Of a stretch of DNA of 64,000 nucleotides, positions 47,638 to 57,213 are shown piece by piece. The position numbers and the translations under genes are program-made. The DNA is taken from assembly GCA_031459915.1 (NCBI GenBank), contig JAVKHO010000005.1, positions 99,259 to 163,258 on the forward strand, read 5' to 3'. The stretch's first letter is position 1, and every line of letters starts with the position of its first letter. The notes under the pieces were generated by a model. It ran no database searches. It worked only from the letters and a program-made list of their open reading frames with translations, and was not told the DNA's origin. This stretch comes from Candidatus Tepidifontimicrobium thermophilum (lineage in GTDB: Bacteria > Sysuimicrobiota > Sysuimicrobiia > Sysuimicrobiales > Sysuimicrobiaceae).

Positions 47638-48735
47638 ATGAAGGCGGCAGTACTGCCGGAGGTCGGAGCGGGGCTGCGGGTGGAGGATCTGCGCGACCCG
47701 CGCCCGCACGCGGGCGAGGTCCTGGTCCGTGTGCGAGCCTGCGGAGTATGCCACACGGACCTGCACGTGATCAAGGGCGAGGTGAAGTTCCCCACCCCCT
47801 GCGTCCTCGGCCACGAGATCAGCGGAGTGGTGGAGGAGGTGGGGCCCGGGGTAGACGGGCTGCGTCCCGGACAAGCGGTGGCCTGCGCCTTCATCATGCC
47901 CTGCGGCACGTGCTTCTACTGCGTCCGCGGGGAAGAGGACCTGTGCGAGCATTTCTTCGAGTACAACCGCCTACGGGGGACTCTGTACGACGGCCAGACG
48001 CGGCTGTACCGGCCCGACGGGTCCCCCGTGTGGATGTACTCCATGGGGGGGCTGGCGGAGTACGCGGTGGTCCCCGCCACGGACGTGTTCCCGGTCCCCG
48101 AGGGACTTCCCCTTGACCGCGCCGCGGTTTTGGGCTGTGCAGTGTTCACCGCCTTCGGTGCCCTCCGCAACGCCGCCCGGCTGCAGCCGGGGGAGTCGGT
48201 GGCCGTATTCGCCACCGGCGGGGTGGGTTCAGCCCTGGTGGAGCTCGCACGCGCCTTCGGTGCCTACCCTATCGTCGCCGTGGACGTCCGACCGGAGAAG
48301 CTGGAGGCGGCCAAGGAGCTCGGAGCCACCCACGTGGTGAACGCCGCGGAGGCGAGGCCGCAGGACGCGGTGCGGGAGGTCACCGCAGGTCGTGGGGTGG
48401 ACGTTGCGTTCGAAGCCCTGGGCCGGCCGGAGACCTTCGTGCAGGCGGTGGAGTCGGTTCGGGACGGCGGCCGGGCGGTGATGGTAGGGATCGCGCCGGT
48501 GGGAGTCACCGCGCCCGTGGAGATCACCCGGGTGGTCCGGCGGAAGATCCAGATCCTGGGTTCGTACGGAGCCCGGACGCGCACCGACATGCCCCTGGTC
48601 TTGTCCCTGGCCCAGCGGGGAGCGATCCACCTGGACCGGCTGGTGACGCGGCAGTTCTCCCTGGAGCAGGCGGACGAGGCGTACCGGCTGTTGGACCAAG
48701 GGGCCATCGTGGGACGTGCGGTGGTGGTGGTCTGA
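47638..48735 (+). CDS. Zn-dependent alcohol dehydrogenase (MDR), semialdehyde-reductase-like
   Basis: CHTD, GHE, CGTCFYC.......C, MYSMGGLAEY, GCAVFTA. Confidence 0.85.
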   Translation: MKAAVLPEVGAGLRVEDLRDPRPHAGEVLVRVRACGVCHTDLHVIKGEVKFPTPCVLGHEISGVVEEVGPGVDGLRPGQAVACAFIMPCGTCFYCVRGEEDLCEHFFEYNRLRGTLYDGQTRLYRPDGSPVWMYSMGGLAEYAVVPATDVFPVPEGLPLDRAAVLGCAVFTAFGALRNAARLQPGESVAVFATGGVGSALVELARAFGAYPIVAVDVRPEKLEAAKELGATHVVNAAEARPQDAVREVTAGRGVDVAFEALGRPETFVQAVESVRDGGRAVMVGIAPVGVTAPVEITRVVRRKIQILGSYGARTRTDMPLVLSLAQRGAIHLDRLVTRQFSLEQADEAYRLLDQGAIVGRAVVVV

Positions 48736-48839
48736 CGGGTACCCGTGCCCTCGCCGCGGAGCCCGGGACCCACCGGCTCGGGGCGGTGCGGCCGGGTTGT
48801 GTCTAGCTGAACTTTCAAGATCAAGAAGGGGGTGTTGAG

Positions 48840-49976
48840 GTGCGAGGGAAGGCGTGGCTGACGAAAGCTGCCGCAGCGCTGCTCGTGGTGGCGCTGGCCG
48901 TGGTGGGCATCCAGACCCTCGGCCGGGCCCAGCGGCCCATAACCCTGAAGATCGAGTCCAGCTATCCCGCGGGGACCCAGGCGTGGATCTGGCTGACGGA
49001 GTACTACAAGCCTGCGGTGGAGGAGATGTCCGCGGGACGCCTGCGGATCGACGCGCTCCCGCCGGGCGCGGTGGTGCCCGCCTTTGAGGTGGCGGACGCC
49101 GTGAACAAGGGCGTGCTGGACGGCGGGGTCACGCAGGGAATGTACTACGTAGGGAAGCACCCCGCGGGCGCTCTGTTCTCTACGGTCCCCGGCGGTCCCT
49201 TCGGGATGACCTTCATCGACGTCATGGCGTGGTTCTTCTACGGGGGCGGGTCGGAGCTGCACCAGCGCTACTACAACGAGGCCCTCCGGATGCCCAACAT
49301 CGGGAAAGTCATCCCGGCCATCAACTGGGGCCCCCAGTGGTTCGGTTGGTTCAAGAAGCCCATCCGCTCCATGGCGGACATGCGGGGTCTCAAGTACCGC
49401 ATCCCGGGGATCGCAGGGGACGTGTGGAAGGAGCTGGGCGTCAGCGTGGTGGTCCTGCCGGGCGGGGAGATCCTGCCCGCGGGTGAGCGGGGCGTCATTG
49501 ACGCGGCAGAGTGGGCCTTCCCCTACGACGACATCCGCCTGGGCTTCCACAACGTCTGGAAGTACTTCCACACCCCCGAGGCGCACTCATACCGGGAGAA
49601 CGCGGAGCTGATGTTCAACAAGCAGGTCTGGGACGGGCTGTCGGCGGACCTCAAGCGGATCCTGGAGGAGGCAGCCCACGCCTCCACCCTGCGCCTGTGG
49701 GCCCGGCACCTGGTGGACAATGCTCGGACCGCCCAGGAGCTGCGCACGAAGTACGGGGTGACCATTGTCCGGACTCCGGATGACGTGGCCAAAGGCTATC
49801 TGGAGGCGTGGGACAAGAAGGTCGTCACCAAGTTCCTGCAGGACCCATTCTTCCGGGAGGTGTGGCGATCCCAGCAGAACTTCGCCCGGCTCGTGGTTCC
49901 GTACCGCCGGGACACGGAGCCCGACTACCGGACCTACGCGGACTGGTACTGGAAGGGGATCCGCGCGGCCCGCTGA
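48840..49976 (+). CDS. dctP: TRAP transporter substrate-binding protein (TakP-like)
   Basis: Signal peptide; EEMSAGRLRI, GWFKKPI, GLKYRIPG, ERGVIDAAEW. Confidence 0.9.
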   Translation: MRGKAWLTKAAAALLVVALAVVGIQTLGRAQRPITLKIESSYPAGTQAWIWLTEYYKPAVEEMSAGRLRIDALPPGAVVPAFEVADAVNKGVLDGGVTQGMYYVGKHPAGALFSTVPGGPFGMTFIDVMAWFFYGGGSELHQRYYNEALRMPNIGKVIPAINWGPQWFGWFKKPIRSMADMRGLKYRIPGIAGDVWKELGVSVVVLPGGEILPAGERGVIDAAEWAFPYDDIRLGFHNVWKYFHTPEAHSYRENAELMFNKQVWDGLSADLKRILEEAAHASTLRLWARHLVDNARTAQELRTKYGVTIVRTPDDVAKGYLEAWDKKVVTKFLQDPFFREVWRSQQNFARLVVPYRRDTEPDYRTYADWYWKGIRAAR

Positions 49977-50006
49977 CGGGCTGGCATGACCACCAGCCGG
50001 CGCGCC

Positions 50007-50037
50007 CCGGGCCCCCGGCAAGCTGTCGGGGGCCCGG
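50007..50037 (+). other. Intercistronic stem-loop between dctP and dctQ
   Basis: 14-bp stem CCGGGCCCCCGGCA/TGTCGGGGGCCCGG, no U tract. Confidence 0.55.
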
Positions 50038-50064
50038 TCGCGCCTGGACGTCAAGGAGGCAGGA

Positions 50065-50664
50065 ATGGTAGACGGGGAGGTCGTACGAGCCCAACAGATG
50101 AAGGAGGCGGTCCCGCAGGCACCCGACGACCCCCTGGAGGCGTTGCCCGCCGTCCTCCAATGGCTGGTCCGGCGGATCGATGGATTCACCCAGCGGACGG
50201 GCCAGGTGGTCAGCTGGCTCACGGTGCCCATGGTGTTCTCGCTTTGCTACGAGGTCATCAGCCGTAAGTTCCTCGGGCGCGCCACCGTGTGGTCCTACGA
50301 CGTCACCTACATGCTGTACGGAAGCCTGTTCATGCTGGCGGCAGGCTTCACCCTCCTACGCAAGGAGCACATCCGGACGGACTTCTTCTACGCCCGGTGG
50401 CCCGTGCGCACCCAGGCCCTGGTGGACGTCCTGGCGTACGTGTTGGTCTTCTTCCCCGCCATGGCGTTCTTCCTGTGGAAGGGGACGGAGATGGCAGTAC
50501 ACTCCTGGCAGCTTCGGGAGCTTTCAGAGGCGAGCCCCTGGCGGCCGCCCCTTTACCCCTTCCGGACCGTGCTGCCCGTGGGCTCTGCAGTGCTCCTGCT
50601 CCAGGGCATCTCCGAGTTCCTGAAGGCGCTGGCCGCCCTGCGCACGGGGAGGTGGCCGGAATGA
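50065..50664 (+). CDS. dctQ: TRAP transporter small permease
   Basis: YEVISR, HIRTDFFY, 4 TM segments. Confidence 0.9.
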   Translation: MVDGEVVRAQQMKEAVPQAPDDPLEALPAVLQWLVRRIDGFTQRTGQVVSWLTVPMVFSLCYEVISRKFLGRATVWSYDVTYMLYGSLFMLAAGFTLLRKEHIRTDFFYARWPVRTQALVDVLAYVLVFFPAMAFFLWKGTEMAVHSWQLRELSEASPWRPPLYPFRTVLPVGSAVLLLQGISEFLKALAALRTGRWPE

Positions 50665-52007
50665 GCCCGGAAGCCCTGGGCTTCGTCCTCCTGGCGGCGC
50701 TACTGTCGGGGATCTTCGGGGGGTTCCCCATCGCCTTCACCCTCGTGGTGCTCACCGCGGTTTTCGGCTATATCGGCATGGGGACCCGAGTGTTCGACCT
50801 CATGGCCTTTCAGGCGTGGGCCTTGATGAAGGAAGAGACGCTGGCCGCAGTCCCCCTGTTCCTTTTCATGGGCTACCTGCTGGAGGAGGCGGGCTTGATG
50901 GACCGTCTCTTCCGCGGGTTCCAGAAGCTGTTCGGAGGCGTCCGCGGTTCCCTGTACCTCGGCGTGCTGATCACGGGAACCATCTTCGCGGCCGCCACCG
51001 GTATCATCGGGGCCTCCGTGACCCTCCTGGGGATCATGGCAGGCAGCGCCATGAAGCGCAGCGGGTACGACCCCAGCCTGTCCGCGGGAGTCATCACCGC
51101 CGCGGGCTGCCTGGGGATCCTGATCCCGCCCAGCGTGATGCTGGTCACCATGGGGCCGGTGGTGGGGGTCTCCATCGTGAAACTGTTCGCAGCGGCCATC
51201 TTCCCGGGGTTGCTCCTGTCTGGGCTGTACATCCTCTACGCGGTCGCGAAGAGCTATCTGCGTCCGCGCCTCGCCCCCCTGGTCCCGGAGCAGGAGCGGG
51301 CCAGCAGCCTAAGGGAAGGGCTGCGGGAACTGCTGGTGGGCATGGTCCCGGTGACCACCCTGATCCTGGCGGCGCTGGGCAGTATCCTCGCCGGGTGGGC
51401 CACCCCCACGGAGGCCGCAGCCATGGGAGCGGCGGGGGCCTGGATCCTGGCGGTCGCCTACCGCCGGTTCACGGTGCGGGGGCTGCAGCAGGCTCTGGTG
51501 CGGACCGCTTCCACCTCCAGCATGATCCTGTTCCTCGCGGTGGCCTCCAACATGTACGGGGCCGTGTTCACCCGGCTGGGCACCGGGACGTGGATCGCAG
51601 AGCAGGTGCTGAACTCCGGGGTAGCTCCCGGGGTGATCGTGGTCCTGCTAATGCTGGTGATCTTCGTCCTGGGCTGGCCGCTGGAGTGGCCGGCCATCGT
51701 GTACATTTTCCTGCCCATTTTCGTGCCCGTGGTGGAGGGGATCCGGTTGCCGGGGATCGAGAGCACCCCGGACAAACTCCTCTGGTTCAGCACCCTGGTG
51801 GCCGTGAACCTGCAGACCGCGTTTCTTTCCCCGCCCGTGGCCATGGCCGCCTATTACCTGAAGGCGGTAGTTCCAGAGTGGGAGCTCAGCCAGATCTACC
51901 GGGGCATGATGGAGTTCATGATCTTGCAGGTGGTGGGCCTAGTGGTGGTACTCCTGTACCCGCCCATCGCCCTCTGGCTGCCCACCCGGCTGTTCGGGGG
52001 CGGGTGA
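50661..52007 (+). CDS. dctM: TRAP transporter large permease
   Basis: AVPLFLFMG, LGILIPPSVML, TPTEAAA, NLQTAFLSPP. Confidence 0.92.
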   Translation: MSPEALGFVLLAALLSGIFGGFPIAFTLVVLTAVFGYIGMGTRVFDLMAFQAWALMKEETLAAVPLFLFMGYLLEEAGLMDRLFRGFQKLFGGVRGSLYLGVLITGTIFAAATGIIGASVTLLGIMAGSAMKRSGYDPSLSAGVITAAGCLGILIPPSVMLVTMGPVVGVSIVKLFAAAIFPGLLLSGLYILYAVAKSYLRPRLAPLVPEQERASSLREGLRELLVGMVPVTTLILAALGSILAGWATPTEAAAMGAAGAWILAVAYRRFTVRGLQQALVRTASTSSMILFLAVASNMYGAVFTRLGTGTWIAEQVLNSGVAPGVIVVLLMLVIFVLGWPLEWPAIVYIFLPIFVPVVEGIRLPGIESTPDKLLWFSTLVAVNLQTAFLSPPVAMAAYYLKAVVPEWELSQIYRGMMEFMILQVVGLVVVLLYPPIALWLPTRLFGGG

Positions 52008-52047
52008 AGGCCCGCGATCTCCGCCTTTCGGAAAGGTACGTGGGAGT

Positions 52048-53625
52048 TCAGGAGGATCGTAGGGAGTCCCACGCCACCGCCAGCTGCAGGCGCAGGCGCA
52101 GGTCGGGGTCGTCCAGGGAGGCGCCGAGGAGCTCCTCGATCCGGGCTACCCGGTGGCGCAGGGTGTTCCAGTGGACCCCCAGGGACCGGGCGGCCGCCCG
52201 CTGGTTGAACGCCGCCGCCACCAGCGCCCGCGCGGTGTCGTACAGCGCAGGGCTGGCTTCCCGCAGGCGTCCCAGGGTGGTCTGCTCCAGGGCTTCCAGG
52301 GCGTCCCGGTCTTGGCACGAGTGGAGGATCCGCAGGATCAGCGAGTCCTCGTACCACCACACGCCCGCGCCACGGACAACCGACAGCACGGCCTGCGCCT
52401 CCTGGAGGCTGGCGCGCAACTGGGCGTGGTGGGGCCGGGGCCGACCGACCGCCAGCACCACGGGCTGGTCGGGCAGCTGGGCGCGCAGCAAAGCGTAGAC
52501 GGCCTGAATCCGGTCCCGCAGACGCGAGGGGGGAGGTCCCGCGGGGAGCAGCACGACCACCTGGTTCAGCTGGAAGGCGGTAAACCCTCTGAGCTGCACG
52601 CTGCGGAGGGCGTGCTCGACCGCCTCGCCCAGGCGGTGGCGGAGCCGGAAGTCCTCCGTGGAGACCAGCGGCCTCAGGGACGCCCGTCCGTCTGGACCGA
52701 GGGGGACCGCCACCGCAATCAGGTAGGCAGCGTCCAGGTCGAAGCCCAGCAGCTGCGCCCGCTCCCGCAACGCAGGGTCGTCTGCAAGCCGGCCCTGGAG
52801 GACCGCCTCCACGAAGGTGCTGCGTACCCGGGCCTCCGCGTCCGCCACCGCCTGCTGACGGAGGAGGTGCAGGCCCAGGACCAGACTGGCGTGGTCGGCG
52901 GCACGGAAGTCGATGTCGCGGAAGGGCCTATCTGGCGCCGCGACCAGCACCAGGTAAGCGGGCGTCCCCGCACCGGTACGTACGGAGCGGGAAAACGCCC
53001 GGGTGCCGTCCCTCAGGGCGACGGGTGAGCCGTCGGGTTCAGGCGGCAGCTCCACCTCGGCCTGCAGGACGCGGAACACCTCCTCAGGGCCTGCCAGCAG
53101 CTTGCCCCGGCCATCCACCACCAGGGCCTGGCGCCCCAGCAAGTTTTCCAGCCGGGAGAGGATGTCCGCCAGCGCTTCCGCTTCCAGGGCGGCTTCCGTG
53201 AGCTGGCGGTGGATCCGTTCGGACCGCTCCAGGGACTCAAAGTGGGTGCGGATGATGGCCCGGTTGATGGTTTCGGTCAGGTCCACGAAGGACACGTCCT
53301 GGTCCGCTTCCAGGACCGCCACGCCGGTCCGAGTAGCCTCTTCCACCACCGCAGGCGGGGTCCCGGGGAAGAAGGCGCCGCCGGCCCGGAACAGGATGGC
53401 GGCCACCCCTGCCCGTTCGAGGTCCCGGACGATCCGTCGCTGCTCCTCGGGATCTTGGGGCCAGCTGTAGGCGGTGGTCAGGAGGAGCTCCCCTCCGTGC
53501 AGCCACGGCAGGACCTCCGGCCACGTGTGCACCCAACGCACCGGCCGGTCCAGTCCCCCGTCTACGAGAACTCGCACCCCGGCAAGTTCCGGGAAGGTAA
53601 GGATGTCCCTGACCCTGAGCGACAC
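52048..53625 (-). CDS. PucR/CdaR-family transcriptional regulator
   Basis: N-terminal GLDRPVRWVH..WLHGGELLLTT; C-terminal HTH AARSLGVHWNTLRHRVARIEELLG; start uncertain. Confidence 0.9.
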   Translation of the reverse strand: MSLRVRDILTFPELAGVRVLVDGGLDRPVRWVHTWPEVLPWLHGGELLLTTAYSWPQDPEEQRRIVRDLERAGVAAILFRAGGAFFPGTPPAVVEEATRTGVAVLEADQDVSFVDLTETINRAIIRTHFESLERSERIHRQLTEAALEAEALADILSRLENLLGRQALVVDGRGKLLAGPEEVFRVLQAEVELPPEPDGSPVALRDGTRAFSRSVRTGAGTPAYLVLVAAPDRPFRDIDFRAADHASLVLGLHLLRQQAVADAEARVRSTFVEAVLQGRLADDPALRERAQLLGFDLDAAYLIAVAVPLGPDGRASLRPLVSTEDFRLRHRLGEAVEHALRSVQLRGFTAFQLNQVVVLLPAGPPPSRLRDRIQAVYALLRAQLPDQPVVLAVGRPRPHHAQLRASLQEAQAVLSVVRGAGVWWYEDSLILRILHSCQDRDALEALEQTTLGRLREASPALYDTARALVAAAFNQRAAARSLGVHWNTLRHRVARIEELLGASLDDPDLRLRLQLAVAWDSLRSS

Positions 53626-53703
53626 TTTTTGCCGTTCTTTCTGTGTTGGTGTTTTTATGATACTGTAGCAAAAACCACCGCTCGAACTCGTGACTACCGC
53701 ACC

Positions 53704-53733
53704 TTGAGTCATGCCAGCAGCGAACTCTATCAT
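53704..53733 (+). promoter_or_regulatory. Promoter of the ABC operon (likely leaderless)
   Basis: TTGAGT-18 nt-TATCAT, 7 nt before GTG 53741. Confidence 0.6.
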
Positions 53734-53740
53734 GGCGGCC

Positions 53741-54967
53741 GTGCGGCGGAAAGGGGTACGCCCGACGCGCCGGCGGGATTCCATCGCGGTGGGGTGCTTG
53801 TACCCGCTGACCGGGCGTGCCGCGCGTTACGGCCACGACTCCATTGTGGGCGCGGAGATGGCCGCGGAGGAGGTCAACACCTCCGGCGGGGTTCTGGGCA
53901 GGGAGCTGCGCCTGCTGTTCGCGGACGACCGGTCCGACCCCACCTACGCGGTGAAGGTGGCCCAGCGGTACATCCTGGAGGACCGGGTGGACTTCCTCAT
54001 GGGGGTGGTGAGCAGCGCGGTGGCGCTGGCCGTCACCCAGGTTTCCCGGCACTTCGGGGTGGTGTTCGTGGGGACCGACCACGCCTCCGCCCGGCTCACC
54101 CTCGAAGCCTTCCAGCCCTACTACTTCCGCGTCACCAACAACACCATGCAGTCCATGCGGGCGGGGGTCCTCTACCTGGCCCGCCGGCCGTGGCGCCGGT
54201 TCTTCTACATCGGCCCGGACTACGAGTACGGCCACCGGCAGTGGCAGGACTTCCGGGAGTACCTCACCCGGGTGGTCCCCGACGCTCAGGTGCTGGGCGC
54301 GGTGTGGCCCAAGCTGTTCGAGCGGGACTACCGGCCCTTCCTGCGGGCCGTCCTGGACGCGAAGCCGGAGGTCCTGGTGCACGGGTTCTGGGGCGGAGAC
54401 ACCATCGCGTTTCTCGAACAGGCCGCGGAGGTCGGGTTGTTCGGACAGGTGCAGGTGGTGAGCTTCGATGCGGGGGGGAACTACGAGGTGTTTGAAGCGC
54501 TGGGGGACCGAATACCCGCCGGGCTGATCCTGAGCGCCCGGCACCACAACAACTTCCCCCTCACCGAAGCCAACCGGCAGTTCGTGGAAGGGTTCTGGCG
54601 CCGGGCCCGCCGCTACCCTTCGTATACCGCCCACGGGGCGTACGTGGGCGTGCACTTCATCGCCCGGGCGGTGGAGCGGGCCGGCAGCCTGGACCCGGAC
54701 GACGTGGTGCGGGCGGGGGAGGGTCTGGAGCTGCCCACCCCGAGGGACCGGGAGGGGTTCTGCTCCTGGATCCGCCCCGTGGACCACCAGGTGGTACAGG
54801 AGATGTACATCGGACGGACCCAGCCGTGCGACGAACTCCCGCCCGCCCGCTTCTTGCTGGGCGACTGGGAGGTGATTCCCGCGGACGAACTGCTCCCCAC
54901 GGAGGACGAGGTGCGGCGGGTCCGGGCGTCCGCGGCCGCCGCTCCCGGAGGCCACGCGGGGAGCTGA
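53741..54967 (+). CDS. Periplasmic-binding-protein type 1 fold protein without signal peptide
   Basis: GCLYPLTG, GGVLGREL..DDRSDP, YFRVT, PDYEYG; no hydrophobic N-terminus from any candidate start (53711/53732/53741). Confidence 0.8.
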   Translation: MRRKGVRPTRRRDSIAVGCLYPLTGRAARYGHDSIVGAEMAAEEVNTSGGVLGRELRLLFADDRSDPTYAVKVAQRYILEDRVDFLMGVVSSAVALAVTQVSRHFGVVFVGTDHASARLTLEAFQPYYFRVTNNTMQSMRAGVLYLARRPWRRFFYIGPDYEYGHRQWQDFREYLTRVVPDAQVLGAVWPKLFERDYRPFLRAVLDAKPEVLVHGFWGGDTIAFLEQAAEVGLFGQVQVVSFDAGGNYEVFEALGDRIPAGLILSARHHNNFPLTEANRQFVEGFWRRARRYPSYTAHGAYVGVHFIARAVERAGSLDPDDVVRAGEGLELPTPRDREGFCSWIRPVDHQVVQEMYIGRTQPCDELPPARFLLGDWEVIPADELLPTEDEVRRVRASAAAAPGGHAGS

Positions 54968-54990
54968 ACAACTCGGCAAGGGGGTGAGCC

Positions 54991-56310
54991 ATGGCACGTT
55001 CCGCGAAAGGGTGGCTTGCGGTCGGTCTCGCACTCGGGGTTCTCGTCACGGCGGTAGGGGTGCGGACCTGGGCGGGTCCAGTGCGTCCCGCGGAGGTCCG
55101 GGTCGGCATCGTCACGTTCCTGTCGGGAGCCGCGGCTGCGCCGTTCGGCATCCCCGCCCGCAACGCCGCAGAGGTGATCATCTCCGAACTGAACGCGGGC
55201 CGGGTCCCGGCTCCCTACAACACCCCGGGGATCGGCGGCGTGCCCATCCGCCCGGTGATCATCGACGAGGCAGGCGGTGCGGAAAAGCAGGTGGCCGAGC
55301 TACGCCGGCTGGTGCTGGACGAGCGGGTGGACCTCGTGATCGGATACATCTCCAGCGCGGACTGCCTTGCGGTGGCTCCGGTGGCGGAGGAGCTGCGGGC
55401 GCTGCTGGTGATGTTCGACTGCGGCACCAACCAGATTTTTGAGGAGCGGACGTACCGGTACGTGTTCCGCACCCACGGCCATCAGATCCTGGACAACGTG
55501 GGGGCCGCCCGCTACATCCTACGCATCCGGCCGCAGGTGGCCACCATCGCGGGGATCAACCAGAACTACGCGTGGGGTCAGGACTCCTGGAACACCTTCC
55601 GCGACTCCATGCGGAAGCTGAAGCCGGACGTGCGGGTCCTGGCGGAGCAGTTCCCCAGGCTTTTCGCGGGCGAGTACTCCGCGGAGCTGTCGGCCCTCCT
55701 GGCCGCGCGGCCCGACGTGATCCACACCAGCTTCTGGGGGGGCGACCTGGAGAGCTTCCTGATCCAGGGCCTGCCGCGCCGGATCTACGAGCGCAGCACC
55801 CTGGTCCTCACTACGGGGGACACGGTCCTGCCGCGCTTGGGCCAGCAGATCCCGCCCGGGGTGGTGATCGGAGCCCGGGGCCCGCACGGCGCCCTGGCGC
55901 CCAACGTCCCACTCAACCGGTGGTTCCGGGAGGTGTACACCAATCGCTTCAACGTGCGGCCCGTGTACCCTTCGTACCACATGTCGCAGGCCATCTTCGG
56001 CGTGAAGCACGCCTACGAAAAGGCCCTGGCCGCCAACCGGGGAGCCTGGCCCACCAAGGAGCAGGTGGCCGCGGCCCTGCGGGGGGCGACCTTCGACACG
56101 CCCAGCGGGACCATCCGGATGGCGCTCGGGAACGGGCACCAGGCGGTGGAGGGGGTTGCCTACGGGATCACCAGCCGGTTCAACACCGCCACCAGGGAGA
56201 TGGAGCTGACCCAGGTGTTCCACTTCCCCGCGGAGTGCGTAAACCCTCCGGAGGGGATGAAGAGCGAGGAGTGGATCGCCCGTGGCTTCCCGGGAGCCCG
56301 GTGTCCGTAG
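54991..56310 (+). CDS. ABC transporter substrate-binding protein (LivJ-like)
   Basis: Signal peptide; GIVTFLSG, YVFRT, NQNYAWGQDSW, SFWGGD. Confidence 0.88.
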   Translation: MARSAKGWLAVGLALGVLVTAVGVRTWAGPVRPAEVRVGIVTFLSGAAAAPFGIPARNAAEVIISELNAGRVPAPYNTPGIGGVPIRPVIIDEAGGAEKQVAELRRLVLDERVDLVIGYISSADCLAVAPVAEELRALLVMFDCGTNQIFEERTYRYVFRTHGHQILDNVGAARYILRIRPQVATIAGINQNYAWGQDSWNTFRDSMRKLKPDVRVLAEQFPRLFAGEYSAELSALLAARPDVIHTSFWGGDLESFLIQGLPRRIYERSTLVLTTGDTVLPRLGQQIPPGVVIGARGPHGALAPNVPLNRWFREVYTNRFNVRPVYPSYHMSQAIFGVKHAYEKALAANRGAWPTKEQVAAALRGATFDTPSGTIRMALGNGHQAVEGVAYGITSRFNTATREMELTQVFHFPAECVNPPEGMKSEEWIARGFPGARCP

Positions 56311-56316
56311 CACGAC

Positions 56317-57213
56317 ATGAACCAGCTCCTGATCATCGCCGTTGACGGGCTGGTCTTCGCCTCCTGGCTGTTCCTGGTGTCCGTGGGGCTTTCCCTGATC
56401 TACGGGGTCCTGCGGATCCTGAACATCGCCCACGGGAGCCTTTTCGCGGTGGGGGCGTACGCGGGGGCGAGCCTGGTGGTGGCGTACAGTACCGCGGGAC
56501 TGTGGGCCCCGGGTGCCCTGGGGGTGCTGTTGGTGGCTGCCCTGGCGGCGGGGCTGGTGGCGGGCCCAGTGATCGAACGCGGGATCATCCGGTGGACGTA
56601 CGGCCGGGAGCCGGTGATGCAGCTGCTGGTGACCTTCTCCGTGTTTTTGATCCTCGAGGACCTGACGAAGCTGGTTTGGGGGGTGAGCCCGTACTACGCC
56701 TACCAGCCGTACCAGCTGCTGGGCCAGGTCCGGATCGGCGGGATTGACTACCCCGCGTACAGCTTCCTCCTGCTGCTGGTGGCGGCCCTGACGGGGGTCG
56801 GGCTGTGGTGGTTCGTGCGGCGGACGCGGTTCGGCCGGGTGGTGGTGGCGGTGATCCACGACCCGGAGATCAGCGTGGCCATGGGCGTCAACCTCTCCCG
56901 GGTCTACGTGACCACCTTCGCTCTCGGGTCGGTGCTGGCGGCCCTGGGAGGGGCGTTCACGGCTCCCATGATCTCCGTGGTCCCGGGGATCGGGGTGGAG
57001 GTGATCGTGCTGGCCTTTGCGGTGGTGGTGGTGGGCGGGCTGGGCAGCCTCGAGGGGGCGGCGGCGGGAGCGCTGCTGATCGGGCTGGTGCGGGCTGCGG
57101 CGGTGCACCTGCTGCCGGTGCTGGAGCTGTTCACCATCTACCTGGTGATGGCGGCGGTCCTGCTGGTGCGGCCGCTGGGGCTGTTTGGCCGGGTGGAGGC
57201 GCGCCGGATATGA
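56317..57213 (+). CDS. Branched-chain amino acid-type ABC permease (LivH-like)
   Basis: GLSLIYGVLRILNIAHG, VVVGGLGS. Confidence 0.9.
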   Translation: MNQLLIIAVDGLVFASWLFLVSVGLSLIYGVLRILNIAHGSLFAVGAYAGASLVVAYSTAGLWAPGALGVLLVAALAAGLVAGPVIERGIIRWTYGREPVMQLLVTFSVFLILEDLTKLVWGVSPYYAYQPYQLLGQVRIGGIDYPAYSFLLLLVAALTGVGLWWFVRRTRFGRVVVAVIHDPEISVAMGVNLSRVYVTTFALGSVLAALGGAFTAPMISVVPGIGVEVIVLAFAVVVVGGLGSLEGAAAGALLIGLVRAAAVHLLPVLELFTIYLVMAAVLLVRPLGLFGRVEARRI

